NCBI GenBank assembly: GCA_963788685.1
Contig: CAWBHP010000004.1
Coordinates: 147,095-211,094 of the forward strand
Source: an uncultured Chloroflexia bacterium
Lineage (GTDB): Bacteria > Chloroflexota > Limnocylindria > Limnocylindrales > CSP1-4
Length of the DNA: 64,000 nucleotides
Direction of reading: 5' to 3'
Under the pieces are notes generated by a model. It made no database searches, was not told the origin of the DNA, and saw only the letters and a list, made by a program, of their open reading frames with translations. The position numbers and the translations under genes are program-made. This document shows positions 35,897 to 45,767 of this stretch, one piece after another; the first letter of the stretch is position 1, and each line of letters begins with the position of its first letter.

Positions 35897-38193
35897 CGTG
35901 TGCTCCCTGCTGGGCGGGTCCCCGGGGCGGACCCGGCTGTGGCGGTCCGAATCGCGCGCCAGACGCGGTCGGGTCGAAGTGGCAGCTCGAGATCCCGTAC
36001 GCCCAGCGGGCTGAGCGCGTCGAGTGTCGCATTCACGACCGCCTGCGGCACGCCGATGCAGCCCAATTCGGCGATCCCCTTCGCGCCAAGCGGGTTCGAG
36101 GGAGCCGGTATCTCGATCCAGCCCAGGCTGATCCTCGGCGTTTCCATAGCGGATGGCAGGAGGTAATCCATGAACGTGGACGTCAGCAACTGACCCTGGT
36201 CGTCGTAGATGAGCTCCTCGAGCAGCGCCTGGCCAAGTCCTTGGACGATCGAGCCGACGACCTGATCCGACGCCAGACGGGGGTTGACGATACGCCCGCA
36301 GTCGTTGACCGCAGCGATGTGTCGGACGGCGACCGCCCCCGTCCCGAGCGAGACCTCTACCACCGCCACGAACACGCCATAGGGAAAGGTCAGAGCGCCT
36401 GGCACAAAATCGATCTCGGCCGCAAGGCTCTGACCGCGATCGGCCAGTTGCGCGGACAGTTGACCAAGCGAAACGCTGATGCCGGGCACGCCGACCACGC
36501 GAAAGGCTCCATCGACGAGCTCGAGATCGGCGGCACGCGCCTCGAGATGCTCGGCTGCCACGAACCGAGCCTGGTCGACGACGTTTATCGCGGCCTGGAA
36601 GGCGCCCGCCGCTCCGAGCTGGGTGGACCGGCTCCCGAACGTTCCCACGCCGCGGGCGACCTGGCCGGTGTCCCCGGCAATGAGGGTCACCGCCTCAGGC
36701 GCCACCGACATTGCATCGCCGACCACCTGCTTCCAGATGGTCGCGTGGCTCTGGCCAGTCGCCGTCGATCCTGTTCGAACAAGGATGGCGCCATCCGGCT
36801 CGATCTCGACCCGCGCGTACTCGCCGTCGGTCAGCCCGCCGCCCGAGCGGTCCAGGTAGACGCCGATGCCGAGCCCGATCGGATCGGCTCCGGACTTCCG
36901 GCGACGTTGCTGCTCACGCCGAACACCCTTGGCGTCGGCCAATCGAAGCGCCTGATCGAGCGCCGCGTGGTAGTCACCCGTGTCGTAGCGTGCCCCCGTC
37001 GGCGTGACGTGGGGCATGGCCGCCGAGGGGATGAAGCTCATCCGTCGAACGTCCGCCGCGTCCAGTCCTGCTTCCCGCGCGTAGGCGTCGACGGTCCGTT
37101 CGAGGAGGTAGGCGGCCTCCGGACGTCCAGCTCCGCGATACGGGCCGACCGGCGCGTGACTCGTGACGACGGTCGTGGTCCTGATGGCTACTTCCGCGAT
37201 GTCGTACGGGCCGGTCGCCATGAGACGGGTCGAGGTGGTCAGCTCGGCCCCGTGGTGGGGATACGCGCCGACATCGGCCACGACACGGATCTCTGCCCGC
37301 CGGATTCGGCCCGATTTGTCGCCGGACAAGGTCATCGACCCAACCTGGCCGCGACCGTGGCTAGCCGCGAGCAGCTCCTCACTCCGGTCCGCGATCCAGG
37401 TCACCGGCTGACCGAGTCGCAGCGCCGCGGCCGCGATGGCCGCGTACTCGGGATGGAAGATGCCCTTCAGGCCGAACGCCCCGCCGACGCTCGGAACCCG
37501 GACCCGGATGTCATCCTCGGCGAGGCCGAGGACCGCCGCCAGTTGCATTCGCAGGTTGTGCGGTCCCTGGTGTCCGCACCAGATCGTGAGGCGCGGTTCA
37601 TCGCCCGGGATCGCAATGATGCTGAGCGTCTCGATCGGGCTGGCGGCGAGAAGCTGCTGACGCACGGCGACCGTCGCCTTGACCGGCCAGTCCGAGGGCG
37701 GCGATCCAAGGGACTCCGTTCGATCTCCGACGATGTTCGTGCCGACGTCAGGAAAGAGGAGGACTTCGTCCGCCATGGACGCTTCGACATCCGGGACGGG
37801 TGTCAACGGTTCGGCATCGATCTCGACCAGATCTGCGGCGTCGACCGCGACGTACTCCGTCCGGCCGATCGCGATGGCGATCGCCTCGCCGGCGAACCTG
37901 GCCGTCGTTCGGGCAAGAATTGGCCGATGGAATGTTCTCGTTCCGTCGTCGAATTCCTCCGTTGCCACGAGATCCGGCAGCGTGAGGTCCGCCGCCGTGA
38001 AGATGGCGACGACGCCCGGTAGCGCGGCCGCTGCGTCGGTCCGGATCGCTCCGATCCGGCTGTGCGCGTAGACGCTCCTGATGAACTTCGCTCGCAGGCT
38101 GTCCGGGGGAATGAGGTCCGCCAGGAACTGGGCCGAACCGGTCGTGAGGTCGCGGAGGTCGGCCGGTGTTACCGATCGACCAATCGACGCCAT
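35893..38193 (-). CDS. xanthine dehydrogenase/CoxL-family molybdopterin-binding subunit
   Basis: Intact 766-aa ORF with an a/b-hammerhead N-terminus and aldehyde-oxidase/XDH Mo-binding domains (GGAFGLKG, GPYRGAG, GQSHATIW, GAKGIAELG). Confidence 0.85.
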   Translation of the reverse strand: MASIGRSVTPADLRDLTTGSAQFLADLIPPDSLRAKFIRSVYAHSRIGAIRTDAAAALPGVVAIFTAADLTLPDLVATEEFDDGTRTFHRPILARTTARFAGEAIAIAIGRTEYVAVDAADLVEIDAEPLTPVPDVEASMADEVLLFPDVGTNIVGDRTESLGSPPSDWPVKATVAVRQQLLAASPIETLSIIAIPGDEPRLTIWCGHQGPHNLRMQLAAVLGLAEDDIRVRVPSVGGAFGLKGIFHPEYAAIAAAALRLGQPVTWIADRSEELLAASHGRGQVGSMTLSGDKSGRIRRAEIRVVADVGAYPHHGAELTTSTRLMATGPYDIAEVAIRTTTVVTSHAPVGPYRGAGRPEAAYLLERTVDAYAREAGLDAADVRRMSFIPSAAMPHVTPTGARYDTGDYHAALDQALRLADAKGVRREQQRRRKSGADPIGLGIGVYLDRSGGGLTDGEYARVEIEPDGAILVRTGSTATGQSHATIWKQVVGDAMSVAPEAVTLIAGDTGQVARGVGTFGSRSTQLGAAGAFQAAINVVDQARFVAAEHLEARAADLELVDGAFRVVGVPGISVSLGQLSAQLADRGQSLAAEIDFVPGALTFPYGVFVAVVEVSLGTGAVAVRHIAAVNDCGRIVNPRLASDQVVGSIVQGLGQALLEELIYDDQGQLLTSTFMDYLLPSAMETPRISLGWIEIPAPSNPLGAKGIAELGCIGVPQAVVNATLDALSPLGVRDLELPLRPDRVWRAIRTATAGSAPGTRPAGSTR

Positions 38194-38272
38194 CCGACCT
38201 CCTCGAGCTGGGGTCCACTCCCGTGGGCGCGATCCAGTGCCTTGGCCGGATCTCGGGGAGTCCCTCGGCCTC

Positions 38273-38278
38273 TAGAAT
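38273..38278 (+). promoter_or_regulatory. -10-like TAGAAT followed by GCAT, 38 nt before ATG 38317
   Basis: AT-rich island CTCTAGAATGCATCAAACACAATACAT in an otherwise GC-rich spacer. Confidence 0.4.
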
Positions 38279-38316
38279 GCATCAAACACAATACATCCGC
38301 TTCGCGAAGGGACAGC

Positions 38317-39342
38317 ATGCGTCCGACAGTATTCATCGTTCAGGCGGTTCCCGAGGAAGGACTCGACGACCTTCGGGCCGTTGCGTCCGTCGAGATGTTC
38401 CCGGCGCTTGATCGACTGATCAGCCGGCAGGAGCTGTTGGCGGCCGTCCGCCATTGCGAGTACCTGTGGGTCCTCGGCGAGGTGCCCGTCGATGAGGAGG
38501 TCATCGAAGCGGGCCGGCTCAAGCTCATCGCGATCATGGAGATTCTCACCCGGTCCGTCGACATCGCGGCCGCTACTGCTCGGGGGATCCCGGTCACGAC
38601 CCTGCCGAATCTCGATGGGGTGACGACCAGCACCGCCGAGCACACGCTCGCGCTCCTCATGTCGCTGGCCCGTCGGCTGCCCCAGGCGGAGCGGCAGCTG
38701 CGCGACGGGCGCTGGACCCAGTATCAGTCGATGGCGCTGCTCGGCACGCGCCTCCATGGCAAGACCCTGGGCATCGTCGGGCTCGGCAATGTCGGCCGCA
38801 AGGTCGGCCGCGCCGCCGCAGCCCTGGGCATGGAACTCCTGTACACGGACCGCAGTCCGCTGCCGGATGTGGCCGAGCCGCTCGGAGCCCAGTGGCGCGA
38901 GCTCGACGACCTGTTCCGTGAATCGGACTTCGTTGCACTCACGACGACGCTGACGGCATCGAGCCGCGGTCTTGTTGACGGTCGGCTGCTTGGACTCATG
39001 AAGTCCGACGCGTACCTCATCAACACGTCCCGCGGCCCCGTGGTCGACGAGGCCGCCCTCGTCGAGGCGCTACGGAGCGGCAGAATCCGCGGGGCGGCCC
39101 TCGACGTGTTCGAGACCGAGCCGCCCACCCCCGGCGGGGGACCGCACCCTGATTTGCTCGGCCTGGACAACGTGCTCTTGACGCCCCATCTCGGGACCGC
39201 CACGCGTGAGACGCGGGTCGAGATGACCCGGACTGTCGCGGGCGGCGTCGTCGCGGCGATCGAGGGTCGACGGCCGCCGAACGTCGCCAACCCGGAGGTG
39301 TTCGGCGAGCCGCCGGCTCCGTCACTCGATCGGATCGGGTAA
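38317..39342 (+). CDS. D-isomer-specific 2-hydroxyacid dehydrogenase (paralogue 2)
   Basis: MRPTVFIVQAVPEEGL...GKTLGIVGLGNVGRKVG...INTSRG...TPHLGT. Confidence 0.9.
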   Translation: MRPTVFIVQAVPEEGLDDLRAVASVEMFPALDRLISRQELLAAVRHCEYLWVLGEVPVDEEVIEAGRLKLIAIMEILTRSVDIAAATARGIPVTTLPNLDGVTTSTAEHTLALLMSLARRLPQAERQLRDGRWTQYQSMALLGTRLHGKTLGIVGLGNVGRKVGRAAAALGMELLYTDRSPLPDVAEPLGAQWRELDDLFRESDFVALTTTLTASSRGLVDGRLLGLMKSDAYLINTSRGPVVDEAALVEALRSGRIRGAALDVFETEPPTPGGGPHPDLLGLDNVLLTPHLGTATRETRVEMTRTVAGGVVAAIEGRRPPNVANPEVFGEPPAPSLDRIG

Positions 39343-39359
39343 CCCGCCCCGAAGTTCTG

Positions 39360-40577
39360 TCAGAGAAGCAGGCGGTCTTCGTACTCGACGCGCGACAGGA
39401 TCTGCGGGTCGCCTTCGGTGACCAGGACCATGTCCTCGATCCGGACGCCGCCGCCGCCCTTCACATCGGGCACCCAGACGAGGGGCTCCACGGCGAACAC
39501 CATGTTCGGCTTCAGTTCGTAGACGGTCGCGCCCGGCAGTGTCTCCCCGATGTACGGCGGTTCGTTCGCGCCGATCCCGATACCGTGCCCGATGAACAGG
39601 CTGAACAGGTTGTCCGCGAGGCCGTGGTCAGCGATCTTGGCGATGATCGTGTTCGCGACGTCGAGGTTGGTTCGGCCCGGGCGCATCACGGCGATCCCGG
39701 CCATCAGCCCTTCGTAGACCGCGGTGTAGACCTCCTTCTGGCGACGCGTCGGCTTGCCCACGATCGTCGTTCGGCCGATGTCGGCGAAGTAGCCGTTCCA
39801 CATGGCACCGATATCGATGAAGCACAGGTCGCCATTTCGAACCAGCTTGTCGGAGCAGATCCGGTGGGGTGGCGACATGTGCTCGCCGGAGGCGAAGTAG
39901 GGCGTGATCACGTGGGGCATCTCGCCGCCCAGGTAGTAGAGCGTCTGCATCGCGTCGCCGGCGACCTCGCACTCGCGCCGGCCCGCCCGCGTCTCGTCGA
40001 GCGCGCGCTGGGTGACCGAGTCGCCGATGGCGCAGGCTTCCTCGATGATCGGAAGCTCTTCTGCGAGCTTGATCAGACGCGCTCGCTGCATCAGTGAATC
40101 GCCATCGACCACCTCGATGTCGGGTAGGTGTTGCCGCATCGACTCGATGAGCGAGAGATTGGCCTGGTCGATCCCGAGCCGGCCCGCCGTGAGGCCGAGT
40201 TGGCGGAGCTGAGGGGTGAGGATGTCCGTGACGAATCCGTCCACGAGCTCCCGTTGCTCCATGATCGGAATGGCATGGCTCGATGCCAGCCACGGCATCC
40301 CGAAGCGAGCCTTGTCAAGTTCTCCGCCGGAACACAGGAGCACCGGTTCAGATGTCGACGAGAGGAGGACACCGTTCAGAGACGATGCCTTGTAGGCGAT
40401 CAGCTGGGCCCGCAACGAGGTGAGGTAGCGGACGTTCTCGTTCTTCCACAGGAGAACGGCGTCGAGATCGGACGTGGCGAGTTCGGCGCGGACGCGGTCG
40501 ACACGCTTTTCGCGAAGAGCCACGAGGTCGTAGCGGTCCTCCCAGTCGACAGCCATCGGGCCCTTGGCATAGCTCAT
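39360..40577 (-). CDS. M24 family metallohydrolase (creatinase/Xaa-Pro peptidase-like), paralogue 1
   Basis: MSYAKGPMAVDWEDRYD...CFIDIGAMWNGYFADIGRT...GHGIGI...FAVEP...VRIEDMVLVT. GAGGAG SD before ATG 40577. Confidence 0.85.
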   Translation of the reverse strand: MSYAKGPMAVDWEDRYDLVALREKRVDRVRAELATSDLDAVLLWKNENVRYLTSLRAQLIAYKASSLNGVLLSSTSEPVLLCSGGELDKARFGMPWLASSHAIPIMEQRELVDGFVTDILTPQLRQLGLTAGRLGIDQANLSLIESMRQHLPDIEVVDGDSLMQRARLIKLAEELPIIEEACAIGDSVTQRALDETRAGRRECEVAGDAMQTLYYLGGEMPHVITPYFASGEHMSPPHRICSDKLVRNGDLCFIDIGAMWNGYFADIGRTTIVGKPTRRQKEVYTAVYEGLMAGIAVMRPGRTNLDVANTIIAKIADHGLADNLFSLFIGHGIGIGANEPPYIGETLPGATVYELKPNMVFAVEPLVWVPDVKGGGGVRIEDMVLVTEGDPQILSRVEYEDRLLL

Positions 40578-40635
40578 GGATCGCTCCTCGTGTGGTCGAA
40601 GTCCTGGGCGGGACGCCGGACGCGACGCCTGCGAC

Positions 40636-40648
40636 ATTGTGCATTATC
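40636..40648 (-). promoter_or_regulatory. 13-nt box GATAAT-GCACAAT (minus-strand reading)
   Basis: Located about 60 nt upstream of ATG 40577. Confidence 0.5.
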
Positions 40649-40742
40649 GGGGGCGACGGTCGACAACGCGCTAGCGGATCGGGCGCTTCCGTACCACCGG
40701 GTCGATGACCGATTTACCCGTCGACGACGCGCTGTCATCTCC

Positions 40743-40748
40743 TACAAT
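40743..40748 (+). promoter_or_regulatory. -10-like TACAAT, 8 nt before ATG 40757 (leaderless candidate for the GntR gene)
   Basis: CTCCTACAATTGATCCGAATG. No SD is present. Confidence 0.4.
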
Positions 40749-40756
40749 TGATCCGA

Positions 40757-41455
40757 ATGGCCCGGATCCTCACTCCAGCTATTGCGGCCGGTCGGTACCG
40801 GACGGCCCAGGCGGTCGTCGCCGATCGACTCCGTCGGGCGGTTCTGTCCGGACATCTCGCGCCCGGTTCGCGAATCCTTCAGGCGGCGATCGCGGCAGAG
40901 ATGCGAATGTCCACCACGCCCGTTCGTGAAGCCATGCGCGAACTCGCGGGCGAAGGCCTCCTCGATCTCGATCCACATCGAGGCGTCGTCGTCCACCAAC
41001 CTTCGGTCGACGAGTTCCAGGAGGTCTACCAAATCCGCGGCCTTCTCGAGCCCGTCGCGATTGCGGCCACGGTCGAGAACATCAGCCCGGCCCAGATTGC
41101 CGGCGCCGAGCAGATCCTCGAGCAGATGGAAAGCGAAGCCGACGTCGCCGAGTGGACGATCTCGAATGCTGCGTTTCACTCGCTCCTGGCCGAGGCCAGC
41201 GGCATGCCGATCCTGACATCGATCCTCGAGAACCTTCGCAACATGTCGGCCCTGTACATCGCGTCGGTGATCCACGTCCGTCCTGACGCGGTGGTCACCG
41301 CGAACGCCGAGCATCGGGCGATGCTGGAGGCATGCAAGGCCCGTGACGTTGAGAAGGCGCTGACGATCGAGGTCGATCACCTGCGGCATACCGTCGCAAT
41401 CGGCGAGCAACAGCTCACGCGTCCAGGATCCGGTAAGGCGGCCGCCACGAGCTGA
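40757..41455 (+). CDS. GntR family regulator, FadR subfamily (FCD domain)
   Basis: wHTH RILQAAIAAEMRMSTTPVREAMRELAGEGLLD plus an all-helical FCD part (YQIRGLLEP...FHSLLAEASG...EHRAMLEA). The TTG at 40748 is an alternative start. Confidence 0.85.
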   Translation: MARILTPAIAAGRYRTAQAVVADRLRRAVLSGHLAPGSRILQAAIAAEMRMSTTPVREAMRELAGEGLLDLDPHRGVVVHQPSVDEFQEVYQIRGLLEPVAIAATVENISPAQIAGAEQILEQMESEADVAEWTISNAAFHSLLAEASGMPILTSILENLRNMSALYIASVIHVRPDAVVTANAEHRAMLEACKARDVEKALTIEVDHLRHTVAIGEQQLTRPGSGKAAATS

Positions 41456-41551
41456 TCGCGTAAAGCACGTGGCCAGCGTCACGCGATTGGCGTCCCCTGC
41501 ATCGAGTCAACAGGGTCACTGGGACCGTTCCGCCGCGCGGCGCGGTTCTTG

Positions 41552-41564
41552 TATGATGCACAAT
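41552..41564 (+). promoter_or_regulatory. 13-nt box TATGAT-GCACAAT
   Basis: Located about 30 nt upstream of GTG 41594 and embedded in TTGT-N7-ACAA (41549-41563). Confidence 0.5.
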
Positions 41565-41593
41565 CGAAAGAGTTCGTCAGGGAGGGTCCGGTA

Positions 41594-42863
41594 GTGACGT
41601 CGACGCCTTGGAAGACTGACCGCTGGTTCTCGAGTCCGTGGAACTACCTGCCCGAGGTTACGAGCGGGTTCACCTTCCCTGAGAAGCTCGAGCTCCATGA
41701 CGTCACGCTGCGGGACGGCGAACAGCAGGCCGGCGTCGAGTTCACGGCCGACGACAAGATCCAGAATCGCCGAGCTCCTCGCCGCGGCCGGCGTCCACCG
41801 GATAGAGGCCGGCTTGCCGGCCGTCTCGAAGGCCGACGAGAAGGCCGTCCGGGAGATCGCCAAGCGAGATCTCGGGGCGAAGATCTTCGCGTTCTCCCGG
41901 TGCATGATCGACGACGTCAAGCTCGCCGTGGATTGCGGCGTCAGCGGCGTGGTCATGGAGATCCCCTCGAGCCACCACCTCATCGAGAAGGCCTACCGCT
42001 GGCCGACCGAGAAGGCGATCGATCTCTCCATCGAGGCGACTGCGTACGCCCACGAGCACGGCCTGACGGTCTCGTTCTTCCCGATCGACGCCACCCGGGC
42101 GAGCGCCGTCGAGCTGCTCGACGACCTGGGCCGGGTCGCCACCGAAGGTCATGTCGACGCGGTCGGACTCGTCGATACGTTCGGCGTCATTTCACCCCAC
42201 GCGGTCGGCTATTTCGTGTCGCAGATCCGGAACCGGCTGAACGTGCCCCTCGAAACGCACTTCCACATGGACATGGGCCTGGGTGTCGCCAACACGGTGC
42301 TCGCGGTCGCGATGGGCGCATCGTGCATCCAGACGACGATCGCCGGACTCGGCGAACGCGCCGGGAACACACCGATGGAGGAGACCGTTCTGGCCCTCCT
42401 GACGATGTACGGCATCGATACCGGCATCAAGACCGAGCACTTCTATGCGATGGCTCGAGAAGTCCTTGAACGGGCCGGGGTCAGTCAGCCCTCGAACCGG
42501 CCGGTCATCGGGGAGCGGCTCTTCAACGTCGAGTCGGGCATCATTGCTAGCTGGGTGAAGAATGTCGGCGACGAGTTCCTTACCGAGGCCTTCCCGTACC
42601 GCCCGGAGCTCGTCGGCCAGAAGCCGCCAACGATCGTCCTGGGCAAGGGCTCTGGGCTCGACTCCGTGGCGATCTGGCTCAATCGGCTCCAGGTCACCGC
42701 TACAACCCCCGAGATCGAGGCCGTTCTGGCCGAAGTGAAGGCCCGCTCCCTCGAAACGAAGAGTCTCCTCGGCGAGGACGAGTTCCGGACTATCGTCGAT
42801 CGGGTCCTGCCTGGTCGCCGGAGCGAGCCCGTCCCCGTCGGTTCAACCCCGGGACTGGAGTGA
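41594..42863 (+). pseudogene. HMGL-like (isopropylmalate/homocitrate synthase family) pyruvate-carboxyltransferase-domain protein, apparent 1-nt insertion at ~41761
   Basis: GTG 41594 follows a GGGAGGG SD. LELHDVTLRDGEQQAGVEFTADDKI lies in one frame. RIAELLAAAGVHRIEAGLPAVS...HFHMDMGLGVANT lies in the +1 frame. Confidence 0.75.
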
Positions 42864-42867
42864 ACTG

Positions 42868-44106
42868 ATGCGCGAAGCAATCGGCACGCTGAGCACCGAC
42901 TGGAAAGAAGGCATCAACTGGCCGGTCGTCCGCGACTGGCGCCTCAAGCGGGCCCATGCGGCGATGGAACGGGCCGGCCTCGGGGCAATGCTGCTCTTCT
43001 ACGACGAGAACATGCGGTACGTGTCGTCGACCTTGACGCCGGGCTGGAACCGCCTGAAGCCGGGCCTGCGCTACGTGGTCCTGCCGGCCGGCAAGGCGCC
43101 CATCGTCTACGAGCAGGGCGACATCGGCTTCCATCTCAAGGTCCACAGCCCGTGGATTCCGCCGGAGAACATCCGCTACTCGTATGTCTGGATCAAGGGT
43201 GCCGTCGGGCCCGCCGCCGAGCAACAGGTCAACAAGTTCGTCGACGCCCTCGTGAACGATCTCGAGCAGGCCGGCGTTCGGGACCTGCCCCTCGGCGTCG
43301 ACTTCATCGACATCAACCTGATGCGGGCGTTCGAGAAGCGGGGCATCAGCTGGACAGACGGCATGAGCCCGATGATGGAGGCGCGAGCGATCAAGAGTCC
43401 GGACGAGATCAAGGCGTTCTCGATCGTCGGATCGATCTGCGATTCGGTTCATTACGCCATCGCCAACTTCATCAAGCCAGGCATGACCGAGAACCAGGTC
43501 GCCGCGTTCGGGTTCGAGAAGCTCTACTCGATCCCGGGCATGGAAGACGTCGAGGACGTGATTGTTTCGTCCGGCCCGAACGCCTGGCCGAACTGGCGCA
43601 ATTTCGGCGACCGAATGATCCGCCCGGGCGAGCTCGTCATCGTCGATCTCGCGGCGTTGACGTGGAACGGCTTCAAGTCGTGCTGCTACCGGACGTACTG
43701 CGTCGGCGGCAAGCCGACCGATGCTCACCAGAAGACCTACGACGCGGCCCACAAGTGGCTGTGGGACTCGATCGACATGGTCCGCCCCGGCGCGACGACG
43801 GCCGAGGTCGCGGCCAAATGGCCGTCAGCCAAGGAAGCCTGGGGCTACGAGGAAGAGGACCAGGCCGCCGCCAACAACTGGGGTCACGGCCTCGGACTGG
43901 CGCAGTACGACCCGCCGGTGATCTCGCGGATCTGGTCGCTCGACCATCCGGTCGAGATCCAGCCCGGGATGACATTCGCGCTCGAAACGCAGAACGGGAT
44001 TCTCCACGACCACGGGGTCCGCCTGGAGGAGATGCTCTACGTCACCGAGAGCGGCTACGAGATGGTCACGACCTACAAGCAGCACGAAATCATCGTCGTC
44101 GACTGA
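42868..44106 (+). CDS. M24 family metallohydrolase (creatinase-like), paralogue 2
   Basis: 412 aa. VIVDLAALTWNGFKSCCYRT...GHGLGL...FALET...RLEEMLYVT. Confidence 0.85.
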   Translation: MREAIGTLSTDWKEGINWPVVRDWRLKRAHAAMERAGLGAMLLFYDENMRYVSSTLTPGWNRLKPGLRYVVLPAGKAPIVYEQGDIGFHLKVHSPWIPPENIRYSYVWIKGAVGPAAEQQVNKFVDALVNDLEQAGVRDLPLGVDFIDINLMRAFEKRGISWTDGMSPMMEARAIKSPDEIKAFSIVGSICDSVHYAIANFIKPGMTENQVAAFGFEKLYSIPGMEDVEDVIVSSGPNAWPNWRNFGDRMIRPGELVIVDLAALTWNGFKSCCYRTYCVGGKPTDAHQKTYDAAHKWLWDSIDMVRPGATTAEVAAKWPSAKEAWGYEEEDQAAANNWGHGLGLAQYDPPVISRIWSLDHPVEIQPGMTFALETQNGILHDHGVRLEEMLYVTESGYEMVTTYKQHEIIVVD

Positions 44107-44113
44107 CGGTCCG

Positions 44114-45755
44114 GTGAGCCGGCTGCTGTCGCTCGATGAGCCGGACGCACTCGAGATCGGGCGGGTCGGGGCGAAGGCCGCCCGCCTGGCCGAGGCTCGG
44201 CAGCGGGGATTCGCGGTATTGCCCGGCCTCGTCGTCGTCGCCGAAGAGTCTCGACCCGCCATCGAGGCCGGGCGAGCCGCACTTGCGTCCAGGAGTGCCG
44301 GAGCCGCGCGCAGCGCCGTGATCTCGGCCAGTCTGACGAGCGGTCTCGGGCGCGAGTTGGCGCGGGCGCGGGAGCTCGGGCCGGTCCTCGTCGTCAGATC
44401 GTCAACGAGGCTTGACGGCGAAGGTGCCTGGTCTGGCGCCTTCGCATCGTTCCGGGACGTGACCCCGGACGTCCTGGATACCGCCGTGCGCGGTTGCTGG
44501 GCATCCCTGTTCTCGCCGGATTCGCTGGCCCGGTTCGACCAGCAGGGCATCGCGCCCGAGACAGCGGACATGGCAGTCCTGGTCCAACCGCAGCTCGAGC
44601 CGGTCGTGGGCGGCTGGACCCGCATCGCCGACGGATCGGTCGAAGTCGCGGCGATCGCCGGATCGCCGGTCGCACTCCTCGCCGGCTGGGAGCGCGGTTC
44701 GCGTTACGTGGTCGCCGCCAACGGGACCGTTGAAGTCGGGGGTTCGTCCGGGCCGCTTGACGAAATCTTCGGTTGGGCTCGTCGCCGATCTCGCTCGCCT
44801 CGCCCGCGAAGAGCTCGGCGCGGGTCGGCTCGAGTGGGCCTTGAACGATGGCGAGATCGTGATCCTGCAGGTCGATCCGCTCGACCCCGCAGGAGAGGAT
44901 GGAGCGACCGTCTCGGTCCCCGATGCGCTGGCTGCGCCGCCGTTTCGGCGGCTGGCGAGCGTCCTCGTCGGCCGGTCAGGCCGGCTTGCCGATCGACTTC
45001 TGGTCCCCTGGGCCTCGGCAGCACCTGACTCGTGGCATGCCACTCCAGTCGAAGGTGATCCTGTTGACCTCTTCGACGAGGCGAAGCGACGATCGCACGA
45101 CCTCGCCGAGGCGGTGGCCAGTGGCGCCGGGCTGACGACCGAGCAGCTGATTGACGGGCTCGACCACGGCGACGCGATCGTCGCTGAGCGGCTCGACTCG
45201 GTCAGGATCGAGGGGGCAGCCGTCGCCCGGATCCTTGGCGCCCTCGACGACGTCGGCAGGCACCTCGCCGCGACCGGATCGCTCCGAACACCGGACGCGA
45301 TCTGGTCGCAGACCGTCGAGTGGGTGGATCATGCGTTGAGCTCGTCATCGCCCAGGCCGGCGGCTCGTTCGGTAGGGGATCGATGGGCCCATCTCATCTA
45401 CGGGGTGACCGTGATCCACGGCCGGGCCGCGCTGGGAACCGGAGCTTCTGACGGCTGGGCGGCCGGTCGCGCCCAATTCATATCGAGGTCCGACGACGTC
45501 GCGTCCTTCCGCAGCGGGGACGTGCTCGTCGTCAACCGGCCGTTGCCGAAGCTCGCGCCGCTGCTCTGGGATGCGTCGGCGCTCGTGTGTCGCAGCGGCA
45601 GTCCGGCGGCCCACCTTTGCGAGGTGGCGCGTTCGCTCAGGCTGCCGGCCGTCGTCTCGGCCGACTTCCCGCATTCTGTCGACGGGATCAGCGCGGCGGT
45701 CGATGGGACTGCAGGAACCGTCCATTGGTGGGACCCGACCGATGTTCGGAGCTGA
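44114..45755 (+). pseudogene. PEP-utilising-family phosphotransferase (PPDK_N ATP-grasp plus C-terminal swivel His domain; PpsA/RPH-like), apparent +1 frameshift at ~44761-44775
   Basis: N-terminal IGRVGAKAARLAEARQRGFAVLPGLVV...VVRSSTRLDGEGAWSGAF...MAVLVQP. After the shift VGLVADLARLAREELGAGRLEWALNDGEIVILQVDPL. C-terminal GDVLVVNRPLPKLAPLLWDASALVCRSGSPAAHLCEVARSLRLPAV. Confidence 0.7.
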
Positions 45756-45767
45756 GGGGCCTCACAG

